The notes beneath the pieces are model-generated. The model did not search any database. It saw nothing but the letters and a program-made list of their open reading frames with translations, and had not been told where the DNA came from. Positions 22,901 through 33,962 of a DNA stretch of 64,000 nt are shown in pieces; positions within the stretch are counted from its first letter, which is position 1, and the number at the start of each line of letters is the position of its first letter. The stretch lies in assembly GCA_965240325.2 (NCBI GenBank), contig OZ251226.1, forward strand, positions 1,674,001-1,738,000, read 5' to 3'. The translations under genes and the position numbers were made by a program. The DNA comes from Rebecca billardiae RCC1528. Lineage: Eukaryota; Protista; Haptophyta.

Positions 22901-25900
22901 CGACCAAGTTCTCGTGCGTCGTCTCGATGCAGCGGTACGCCGACTTCTCGCCCGAGGAGCTGGAGGGCGCCGAGCTGATGCTCAAGGAGTTCCCGAGGCT
23001 CAAGATCGCGTACATCGACACCGAGCCCGAGCCGGGCGGCACGCTGGGCAAGCGCTTCTACTCGTGCCTCGTCGACGGGATGGGGAAGCCGAGCGCGGAC
23101 GGCAAGCGCACGCCGCGCTACCGCGTGCAGCTGCCCGGCCACCCGATCCTCGGCGACGGGAAGGGCGACAACCAGAACCACGCGCTCATCTTCTCCAAGG
23201 GGCGGTTCCTGCAGACGATCGACTCGAACCAGGAGGGCTACCTCGAGGAGGCGCTCAAGATCTGCAACGCGCTCGCCGAGTTCGACGCGGCGCAGCCGGC
23301 GGGCGGCGGCGTCGCGGCGGGCGGCGGCGGCACGATGCCGTGGCGCGTCGCGATCGTCGGCTTCCGCGAGCACATCTACTCGACGGAGAGCGGCGCTGTC
23401 GCGCACTTTGCCGGCTCGTCCGAGCTCGTGTTCGGCACGATCACGCAGCGCACGATGGACAAGCCGCTGCTCTCGCGCCAGTACTACGGCCACCCCGACA
23501 TCATGGAGAAGCTGACGATGATGGCGCAGGGCGGCGTGTCCAAGGCGACCAAGGGGCTCAACCTCTCGGAGGACGTGTTCGCCGGGATGGACCTGATGCT
23601 GCGCGGCGGCGCCGTCGTGCACCGGGAGTACATGCAGGTGGGCAAGGGGCGCGAGATGACGTTTGTCGGCCACCTGATGTTCGTCGCCAAGCTCGCGCGC
23701 GGCTGCGCGCAGGTGACCCTCACGCGGCAGAGCTACCGCCTCGGCACGCGGCTCCGCTTCCTCCGCCTCCTCGGCTTCTACTACGGCCACGTCGGCCACT
23801 ACTTCACGCCGCTGATGCTCGAGTACATGATGTGGGCGTACGCGTACCTCTTCCTCTTCTTCTGCGCGAGCGACGTGCCGAGCGGCTCGGCGGCGGCGGG
23901 CGCGGCGTTCGGCCCGGCGGGCGGCGGCACGGGCGTGTACTCGAACATCGCCAAGGCCGTGCTCGACTCGCAGTTTGGCGCGCTCGCCGTCATGTTCCTC
24001 GCCGTGCAGACGCTGCCGCTGCTGCTGCAGCTGTGGCTCGCGCACGGGTTGCTGCGCGCGCTCGCGCAGCTGCTCGGCCAGCTGCTCTCGTGCTCGCTCC
24101 TCTTCTACGGCTTCCAGAACCAGGTGACCGGCCAGTCGTTCCGCGGCGAGATCTCGGTTGGCGGCGCCGCGTACATCCCGACGGGACGCTCGATGGCCGC
24201 GGCGCGGAACGCGCTGCCGACGCTCTTCCGAGCGTTCGCGCAGCAGACGATGCGCCCGGCGACCGACATCCTGGTGATGATCTCGCTCGCGCTGCTCACG
24301 CGGCCGGCCTCGCTGCCCGCGCCCATGTACTGGGTCGAGATCGGCCTCGCTATCTCGAGCTTCCTCTACGCGCCGTTCATCTTCAACCCGAGGCACTTTG
24401 CGCCGCGCTCGATCGCGCGCGATGACCTCGGCGGCGCCGCGCGCTGGCTGCTCTCAGATGCAGCCGACGGCTGGCGGCCGTGGCACCTGAGCGAGCTGAG
24501 CGCGCTCGGCGCTCGCTCGCCCGCGCGGTTCGTCGCGTGCTCGCGCCGCGCGCTCGGCTCGCTCGCGCTCGGCCTGCTCGCGATGGCCGTGATGGCACCC
24601 GACAGCTCGCGGCGCGAGGCGGCGTGGACCGCGCTCGAGTTCTTCCTTGCCACGACGCCCGCCGCGCCGCTGCTGCTCGCCTCGCCCGTCGCCGCGCTGG
24701 GCTTCGCGCTCTCGCGGTGCGCGAGCGGCTCGCCCAAGGCACTGCGCGCCGCGCGCGCGCTCTCGTCGATCGCGGTCGCGCTCGCGCTCGGCGCGGCGCA
24801 CGCCGGCGAGGTGTGCGCACACGCCTGGTATGGCTCGACAGCGCAGGCGCTTGAAGGCCGCTGGCGCGCGGGCGCGTGGCCGACGCCGCGTTCGCAGCCG
24901 CTCACCGTCCCGCAGCTCGCCGTGATCGGCGCGGCCAAGTACATGGGGGTGCACGCGTGCACCTCTGGCGTCGCCGTGCTCGCGGCCGTGCTCGGCGGCC
25001 GCGCCAAGAACGCCGCGGCCAAGGCCAAGGCGGCTCAGAAGGCGCGTAAGGGCGGGCAGCCGATGCCACCGCCACCGGCGGCCGCGGCCACCACCGAGCA
25101 GGCAGCGGCGGCGGCACTGGCGCCGCCCACAGCCGCGGCGCCGGCGGCGGCGCCCGCGGCGTCGTCCGCCAGCGGCACGCCGCCGCTCGGGTCGCGGGGT
25201 GGCAGCGGCACGCCGCCACTGGTGGCCAGCCCGCCTCTCCTCGGCGCACGCCTCGGCGTGGGCGGCGCCGAGGGCGGTGGCGGCGCCAGCGCGGACGGCG
25301 GCCTAGGCACGGTGGAGGAGGAGCGCGGGAGCCGCACCAGCGGCAACAGCCGTGCGAGCAACACGAGCATGCCGCACTCGGAGCCGCACTCGTCCGGCAG
25401 GCTGGAGGGCTCGTCGTCGATGCTGCTGCTGCCGCCCGGCGCCACGCCGGTGAGGAAGCCGAAGAAGGCGCTTGGCGGTGACGGCGCGCCTGCGGCGGCG
25501 GCCGCGCCGGGTGCGAGCTCGGACGCGACGCCCGGCGCCGCCGCCGACGGGCACAGCCCGAGCCACCTGGCGCCGAGTGGTGGGCCGCCGCGCCTGGACG
25601 TGTCCAGCCTCGAGCCCACGCCCTCCGAGGCGAGCTCCGCGCGCTCCTCGCGCAGCAACGCCAGCTTCATCTCGATCGCGAACTCGTGGCGCGGACTCAC
25701 GCCGCGCGTCGAGCCCGGGCGCCGCGCCGCGCGCGCCGACGCGGCGGACGGCGGCGCGGCGGGCGGCAAGGAGAAGGCGAAGAAGGCGGCGGCGACGAGC
25801 CTTGGCGAGGCGGTGCCCGCCGCGCTGCGCGACGCGCTGCTCGAGCTGCTCCTCGGCTACCGCCTGCTCGCCGACCTCTTCATCACGCTGCTGATCGCTC

Positions 25901-27639
25901 TGCCGTCACTCGCGCTGGCACTGCTGCCGGGCTGCAAGGCTCTGCACACGTACATGCTGCTGCGCGTGCGCCCGTCGGAGAACTACGAGAGCAAGGTGCA
26001 GGACATCACCAAGGCGCAGCGCTGGTCGTTCGCGCGCGCCTCGACGGCCGACGGCGGCTCTCCCACCCGCCGCACCGGCCGCCGCTCCGCGCGGCCGAGC
26101 GCCATGTCACGGCTCTTCGGCGGAGCGGGCGAGCTTGGCGCGCGCGCCGCGCGGCTCTCCACAATGATCGGTGGGCGCCTCTCGATGTGGGGCGGCGACG
26201 GCGACGCGGAGAGCGACGAGGACTCGGGGCGGCACGAGAGCACGCGCGCGTCCCAGGCCAACGGCAGGCTCAGCGTGTTTGGCCGCGGCGGCGGCTTCCG
26301 CGGCAGCACGCGCGGGAGCACTTCAGACGGCTCGAGCGCGGCGGCCACGCCGAGCGGCGCGTCCCGAAGCCGTTACAGCAGCCGTTTCAGCTCGCGCATG
26401 CTGTCGAGCCGAGCGAGCACCACCACGCCCTCGGGCGTGCCGCGCTTCCCGGGACGCTCGGACACGCCCGACGACGAGACGACGCCCGGCGGCGTGCCGC
26501 GCTTCCCCGCGCGCAGGAAGGGCTCCAGAGACGGCGGCGGCTCGCGCGTGTCCGTTTCCGCGCGCGTGAGCTCGGCTGGCGGGCCGATGGGCGGCTCGTC
26601 GACCACCACGCCCGGCGGGGTGCCGCGCTTCCCGTACCGGCCGAACCGGCCGAGCGACAAGGTGCGCGGGCCGCTGGGGCTGTGCCGCGGCAGGCCGGAG
26701 TGGGCATCGGCAGGCGGCGAGCCCGCGGGCGCCCGCCGCAGCGTGAGCGACCGCATGCGCAAGCCGTGCGGCGCAAGCGGCTCGTGGGCGGCGCCCCTCT
26801 CCGGTCAGCAGCAGCAGCAGCAGCCGGGCGAGGGGCGGGTGTCGGAGGTCAGGGAGGAGCAGTCGCCGAGCAAGTCCACGACGCCGTCGGCCCGCAAGGC
26901 GCGCGTGAGCTGGCTGAGCAACCTGGGCGGTGGCCCGACGATGCCGCCGCGCGAGCCGCCGCCGCCGCCCGCGCAGCCGCCGCAGCCGCCGCAGCCGCCG
27001 CAGCGCGAGCCGGCACGACAGCCGCCGCCGCCGCCTGCGCAACCGCCGCAGCCGCGGCAGGGCGAGACGGCGCCGCCACCCGAGCAGCCGCCGCAGTGGA
27101 AGCAGGGTGAGACGGTGCGGCTGACGCTGCCGCTGTTCGCGGCTGGCTTGGCGCGGCAGCCACAGACACAGCCGCAGCGGATGCAGCTGCCGCAGCCAGG
27201 CGCCGCGGCGGCGGGCGCGGCGCAGCCTCCGCCACTGCAGCAGCCGCCGCAGCCGCCACCGCTGCCGCCGCGGCCGGGCAGCTCGGGAGGCCCGCCGAAG
27301 CAGCTGCCGCCCATCTCCGTCCCCGGCGCGAGCGCGGCGGCCTGCACCGACTTGGAGCCGCCGCCCGCCCTACCAACGCCAACCCCCCCGGGGCCGAGCC
27401 CTCCGTGGCAGGCCAACCGGGTCCAGCCGCAAGGTGGCGCGTGTGCAGGGGGCTTGGCGCCCTCTGCCGCCACCGTGGCTTCCAAGGCCAAGGCGTTCAA
27501 GCCGCCGGTCGCTCGCTATTCGCCGCTGTACAAGCTCCGTAACCGGACCAGCTTGCCGCGGGACACGAAGAACCTTTCGGGCGCAAGCGTCTCGGGCGCA
27601 AGTGTCTCCACCATCGCGCTCTCAGACGAGGAGTCGTGA
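17000..27639 (+). CDS. Giant fusion: signal peptide + KRE6/SKN1-type GH16 + EGF-like + TM + FKS1 domain + GT48 1,3-beta-glucan synthase + low-complexity tail; exons 17000-20504 and 20675-27639 (~3489 aa)
   Basis: GH16/SKN1: WVDPDTP, LVMSDEF, QSWDKFCFTEG, GLWPAFWMFGNLGRA, RGAPEIDIIEA, IPDEPMYLILN, YVRVYQ. EGF: CVCDEGWTGPRC. FKS1 domain: FGFQ, ALYLCLWSEAGNVRFVPEALCFFF, NYDDWNEVFW. GT48: EAQRRI, PSFTVLIPHYGE, WASMRSQSLYRTVRGM, PILGDGKGDNQNH, QTIDSNQEGYLEE, GFREHI, YGHPD, GGVSKA..NLSEDVFAG, QVGKGRE, YIPTGR, APFIFNP. Phase-1 intron 20505-20674 joins the frames. Confidence 0.88.
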
Positions 27640-28199
27640 AAGCGACGCGAAAGCGGAGACTGAGTTCAGAGTTGGTCAGTTGGACCCGCGCGCGTCGCAA
27701 ACTGATTCTACTGTCATCCTGCTGGCGATGCGCGCACAGTTGACAACGTTCAACGTTCACGCTCGGCTCAGGCAACAATCAGACAAATCTAGCTCTGGCC
27801 TGAATCGTTGATGTCGGCAGGCCTGGCCCGGCTCGGCCTGGGCGCTGGCAGTGGGGCTAGCGGCGGGGTCCGGCCATCGCTCAACACCATACCCCCATCG
27901 CGCTACTGTCAAAAGAGTAACATCTGCGATACGACGATCAGATTTTATCGCCCGCCGGCCCGCCGCCGCCGGGCGGGTAAATTCTGCGCGGGATCTTGCC
28001 GGTTCATCCTCCATCAATGATGAGCATCAATCAATGTCAAGGCCAGTAAGTTCAATACAGGTCATCGTCAGCTGCTATTGGGGAGCCTATCATACCGTCT
28101 GACTTTGGCAGCCGCCCGCCCGCGCCAAGGCCAACTGGCTGGCCGTGAACAAGTGGCCGCGAGGGTCGCGCGGGGGCTGAGCAGGTCGCGCGCGCACCG

Positions 28200-30793
28200 A
28201 TGCACCGGAGCGGGCAGCTGCGCTCTTCGGTGGGCACGCAGACGGTGCCCGCGGCCGCCGACAGCAACGAGGACCTCGCATACGAGCCGCCTCCCGTCGA
28301 CGACGACGTGGATGTAGCCTTCCTGGCGAGCCAGGCGCGCCGGCTCGCGACCTTCCGCGCAGAGTCGCGGCTGACGGACTTGGTGGTGTGCGTCGGGGCC
28401 GAGCGGTTCGCGTGCCACCGCCTCCACCTCTGCGCGGCGTCGAGCTTCTTCCGCGCCCTCTTCACCTCAGCGATGCGCGACGCGAGCAGCGAGTCGATCA
28501 CGCTCGAGGAGATTGCGCCGTCTGTGTTCGGCACGGTGCTCGAGTACGTGTACACGGGGCACTGCACGCTCACGGCGGACGACGTGGTGGACGTGCTCGC
28601 CGCCGCAGACCGCCTCGCCGTCATCGAGCTGCGCGAGCGCTGCACGCGCTTCCTGCAGCGCAACCTGACGGCGCAGAACGCGCTCGCAGCGTATGACGTC
28701 GCGTCGTCGCTCTCGATCACGCGGCTCAAGGAGTCGGCGCTGCGCGTGGCGCTGGAGCAGTTCGACGAGGTGGCCGCGAGTCCGTCGTTCGTCGACGTCC
28801 CCGCCGACTTCCTCAAGCAGCTCTTCGCCTCGGACGAGCTGCGCGCCGCCGAGGAGTGCGTGTTCCGCGCGCTGTCCGCTTGGTATCATCACCAGCTGGA
28901 CGAGAGGGTGGACGACGCGTCGGCGCTGCTGCAGCTGGTCAGGCTGCCGCTGTGCGAGCCGGCGTTCCTCGAGGTGTGCGCGCGTGCGCGCGCGCGCGCC
29001 GCGGTGCCTGCCTGGTGCTGAGCGCTCCCTTGCTCGCACCACGCGCGCGGCCGCGCGCCGCGCCGCGCGCCGCTGCGGTGCTCACGCGCCCCGCGCCCGC
29101 GCCGCGCGCGCCCGCGGCCGTGCGCCCGCAGGGCGTGGTGGAGAAGGACGGGCTGGGGCAGCTGCCGGTGTGCAAGGAGCTGCTGCTCGAGGCGTACTCT
29201 CACCTCAACCTCAGCGCGGCGATGCAGCGCGTGCAGCTCCACTGCGCGCCGCGCGCGCCCGCGGGGCGAGACTGGCTCCGAGAAGTCTTTGAGATGCTCG
29301 GCCCTCGCTCGGGCGAAGGGTATTGGGCTTCGACGTTCAAGGGGCACGGCGGCGGCGGCGGCGCGCGCGGCGTGGCGGTGCAGCCGGAGTCGCGCCGGCG
29401 GAGGCGGATGGCCGCGGCGGCCGACGTCTCGCCGCTCAGCCCGTCGCGCGGCCACGTGCGCACCATCAAGGCGCTGTGCGTCGACGAGGAGGCCGGTGCG
29501 CGCGCGCGCGCGCGAGTGCGCACGCGGACTGTGCGGTGCGACGCGTGCGGACGCGGACTGCGCGATGCGAGGCAGGCGGACGCGGCGTGCGCGATGCGAC
29601 GCGCGCGGCGTGCGCGAGCGCGCGCCGCGGCGTGTGCGCGGCGCGTGCGCGGCGTGTGCGCGCTCACGCGCCCACGCGCCGCCGCGCCCGCCGCCCCCCT
29701 TTGCACAGGCGTGTTGTACACCGGCTCTTGGGACCACACGGCGCGCAAGTGGGGGCTGCGCACGGGCGCGTGCCTACTCACATTCACCGGGCACAAGCAG
29801 GACGTGATCGGGATGCACCTGTGCCGCGAGCGCGCGCGGCTCTTCACGTGCGCGGACCGCGTGCGCTGCTGGTCCACGCTCGACGGCTCGTGCGTGCGCA
29901 TCTTCGGCACGAGCACGTTTTACTGCGCGGTCGCGGACGAGCGTGCGCTGTATGCAGCGCAGTACGACGGCCAGATCCTGCAGTTCGACCACCTGCCGGC
30001 GGAGGGCGGCTCGGAGGAGGAGGCGCGCGGCGGGTGCGCCGCGGCGGAGCTCGAGGTGCGCACGCCCGTGTGCGTGCTCACCGGACACGAGTCCGGTGTG
30101 ATGGGCTTCGATCTGCGAGGGGACCTCCTGGTGAGTGCGAGCATTGACTCGACGGCTAAGGCGTGGTCGCGCGCCACGGCCGAGTGCACGCAGACCTTCG
30201 TCGGGCACACCTCGCAGCTGCGCGCCGTGCAGCTCTGGCGAGACTCGGTGCTCACGGGCTCGTACGACCAGACCATCCGGCAGTGGGACCTCGAGTCCGG
30301 CGCGCAGCTGCGCCTGTTCGCGGGGCACACGGACGCTATCCGCGCGCTCGTGGTCGGCGTCGACCTGATGTCGTGCTACATGTGGAGCGCCTCGAGCGAC
30401 GGGACGGTCCGGCAGTGGGACCTCGAGTCCGGCGCGCAGGTGCTGCGGCTCTCGGCGCACGAGGAGTCCGTCTTCGCCCTCGCGCACGCCGACGGCGTGC
30501 TGTACACGGGCAGCGCGGACTGCACGGCCAAGCGCTTCGACGTGCACACGGGCAAATGCATTATGACATTCCCGAGGCGCGAGGGACCGCCGCACGGCGC
30601 CGCGAGCGGCGGCGGAGCCGTTGCGCCGGCAGGGCGCGCGCAGCCGGCGGCGGCCGCGCCGCCTGGCCCGGCCGCGGGAGCTGCGGCCGTTGCCGCGGCC
30701 GCGGCGGCCGCGCCGCCCCCGGGCGGCGGCTGGGCGCCGCAGGCCGTCGGCGGGCTCGCCGCGCTCGCCGGCGCGGGGCCGGCGGCGGGCTGA
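28200..30793 (+). CDS. BTB/POZ-BACK-WD40 protein; exons 28200-28973, 29132-29495, 29709-30793
   Basis: BTB: LTDLVVCVGAERFACHRLHLCAASSFFRALF, VLEYVYTG. BACK: SDELRAAEECVFRALSAW, LLQLVRLPL. Several GH...WD repeats (LYTGSWDHTARKW, TGSYDQTIRQWD); two GT-AG introns. Confidence 0.85.
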
Positions 30794-30916
30794 GTCTGAC
30801 CGGCTCCAGTGAGCCGGGCTCCCGCCGTGCCATCATTATTCACGACTGGACCGCGCCGAGTAGCTACCGGCGTAGCCGCCGCTGCCGTCGTCTATTGATG
30901 AGCGCGGTATTAGCTG

Positions 30917-30925
30917 CTCTCTCCG

Positions 30926-30956
<31 letters not shown>

Positions 30957-30994
30957 TACGGTCTCTCTAGCTCTCTCTCTCTCTCTCTCTCTCT
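30917..30994. repeat. Interrupted (CT)n microsatellite
   Basis: CT runs. Confidence 0.9.
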
Positions 30995-31168
30995 ATACAC
31001 TACTACACATCATACTGTACATACTACATACCGCCGTAGACTGACTAAATGACGACGGTCGATCGACCGAACCGCGCCGTATAATCAGCAGGCGTATTGT
31101 TCGGCGGTATTGCAGGCTACTACAGCAGGCTTCGTATAGGCTATAGCAGACGAGCGCGCAGATGAATA

Positions 31169-31278
<110 letters not shown>

Positions 31279-31649
31279 CCGCGTTCCGCGGTCCTTTTCC
31301 GTAGAACGAACGTAGTTCGGGGCCCGCGGTGGTGGTGCACCCTCCGTCGCACCCTCCGTCGCGATCGAGAGTGGGCCCGCCCGGCCGCGAGCCCGGCAGC
31401 GAGTAGACTCCAGCGGCGCGCCGCCGCCCGCCGCGCGGCCGGGCGGGCCCATCGCAGCCGCCGGCGAGGCGCCGATTGTGTACAGTCGAAGTCATGGCCG
31501 ACTGACTATCGTCGGCACGCGCTGCTGCTGCGAGATCGTCGGCGTCGGCACGCGCTGCTGCTGCGAGGGCTGCTCGCTCGCCAGCTGACCGAGGCACTCG
31601 AGCAAGCCAAGGTATGAGTGAGCACGCCTCGGATATCCCACTGCTGTCC

Positions 31650-32786
31650 TGTGCCATAGGACTGGGTCCTATGCCACAGGACAGCCACAGGGACGACTCA
31701 GTAGACGACATTTTCTCATATTGCCGAATGGTACGACTGCACCTAGGGGTCGGTAGCAGTGTCGCCACCATCCGCCAGAGCGAGCTTGTTGTGATTTTCG
31801 ACCACCACCGCATGTTTTGGGCTCCACGGATGGAGCGCGTGAAGCCGTTGCGGTCGTTGCCGCCTTGCAACTCCACGGCGGCAACGCCGACCGCCATGTG
31901 GCACTTGTAGATGACACCCAGCTTGATGCTCACACATCGTGGTTCACTGTGTTCGACCAGAGCCGTATGAGGTTCATCCCCAATGCGTTTTGGTCCTCGC
32001 CAAGCATGGCATTGTACGTCACGCCGGGGCTGCGCGCGCAAGCCGCTGCGGTCTCTCGCGTCGTCAGGTGGTTGCGATCGAGCATCGGCGCGCATGTAGA
32101 GCAAGCCTCGGAGGTAGCCGGAACATCTTGCCATGTCGCGTGCGTGAAAGGTATCGCACCTGTAGACACGCCATGCGTGTGCCGCAGTCGATTTACGCGA
32201 CGCTCGACCCGCACGCTCTTGGATTCGTGGGCTCGTGGTCCACAAGGACGGCCGCCACCATCGTGAGCGAGACGATGGAAGGGCACGCGAGCAGCGCGGC
32301 CAGCAGCGAGCCGAGGTAGCACGTGACGCCTAGGTTGAGCGTGCCCAGCAGGCTGAGCGAGCCGGCCGGGCGCCCCCGCTGCGGTTGTGCTTGCTCTGCA
32401 GCGGGCATTTCCCCGCCGAGCGCGGCGAGTGCCTCGAAGCGGCTGCCAGCTGTTGGGCCGGATGAGGAGGAGGGAGGGAGCTGGCCTGCTGGGCGCGTGG
32501 TGAAGTCGGTGATCAACCGCGCAGCGCCACCGCTGCCGAGTGCGCCCTCCGCCGCCAGCACCTTGCGGACCTGGCCAAGGAGCTGCTTGATCGCTTTTGT
32601 TGACACGCCGTACTCGCTCGCGGCGCCGGGGATGGTCTGCTTGTGCCTGGCGACGGAGATGGCGGCAGCGGTGCTCTGGAACGTGGTGTTGTTCACCCGC
32701 GTCACCGTCCTCGAGTCGAGCAGCGCGTTCAATACGCGGCGAACGTAGTCCTGGTCGGCGTCGCCGGTCGAGGTGCTGCTTGCCAT
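31650..32786 (-). pseudogene. Degenerate HTH + ubiquitin-specific protease (C19)-like reading frame
   Basis: AAAISVARHKQTIPGAASEYGVSTKAIKQLL (HTH-like); GTLNLGVTCYLGSLLAALLACP (USP Cys box). Downstream CSTC and a His-box-like VELQGGNDRNGFTRSIRGAQNMRWW lie in other frames with stops. Confidence 0.5.
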
Positions 32787-33176
32787 CGCCCCCCACGTGC
32801 GATCGGGCCCACCTGTTGTTTTGCGTCGGTGACGGGGCCGCGACGGCCGACGACTCGACGCTCGCGAGCATCTTCAATAATCTATGATCATCATCAGGGT
32901 TACTACGTGAAGCGGTAGAATAGAATTTCATTTACGAGCATTGATACGACGCGGTGCAACGTGAAGCGGTTTTTTTTTAAGATACGACGCGGTCTAATGA
33001 CCCATTGTTCATACATGTACAGCATGAATGGGTCGTCATAAACGGCGGGCGGCTCATTTATGACCAGACCGGGCCCTGGGTGATTGATGATCAGAACCCG
33101 CAAAAGCTAGCGGCAGTCCAGCACACAAGTAATGAATTAATAACAAGCGCAGTCCAGCACACAAGTAATGAACTAA

Positions 33177-33525
33177 TGGCCCGCGGTGCCGGCTGGCTAT
33201 CTAGATACGTCGTCATCGCTCCTTGATGACCTTGCGGCAATCTCATTGGCTGGAAAAATCGCTTGTAACGGTTCGTTACGTTATGGATCCTAAAGGGCGT
33301 GAAGTTTTTTGGACGGGCGTCACTCCAATATGAACTTGTCGTGGGCGCGACCTTTGTCGCCGGATGGATACCTCTAGTGCGGTCTCAAAATTCGAAACTC
33401 GGTCTCCTCCAGCCCTGAAAATCGTCCCCCGTCCCTTTTTTCTTGATCAAAGATCTTTTTGAAACGTGGTTCGGGCCCGCTGGTGCGGGCTCCACGCTGC
33501 GCGCTCCGCCCTGCACCGCGGGCCA
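33177..33525. mobile_element. Tourist-like MITE unit (349 bp), 13-bp TIRs, TAA target duplication
   Basis: TAA|TGGCCCGCGGTGC ... GCACCGCGGGCCA|TAA. Confidence 0.75.
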
Positions 33526-33557
33526 TAAATGGCGGACCTACGGCCCGCCATTAAGCG

Positions 33558-33558
<1 letters not shown>

Positions 33559-33637
<79 letters not shown>
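33559..33637. repeat. (TA)n microsatellite, left flank of Copia
   Basis: Pure TA run. Confidence 0.95.
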
Positions 33638-33640
<3 letters not shown>

Positions 33641-33962
33641 CAAGATCCAACGTTACCCGGACTCGCTCTCCCGTGCGTACACACCCGGATCACCAACCGT
33701 CACACTACACCGACATTCATTATCGAGTCGGGATCATACACGCGCCCATCATGGCCACTTTCCCGACTTACCCGTTGATGGCTATCAGTGCCTCCAGCAC
33801 AGTCTTAGACGGCTCGGGATTCCTTCCTCGCCAGGGCAGTTCAGTTCCGTGTCGCTTCACCGCACCTCGAGTCGAACTCCTAGCTCCTCGTCCTTCGCAT
33901 CGACGAGCCTCAGCGTCACGCCTCGGGCCTCACGGCCCCGTCGCTCTCTTCACCCTTTGACA
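33638..33962 (+). repeat. 5' LTR
   Basis: 325 bp, TG...CA, direct repeat of 39985-40309. Confidence 0.95.
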
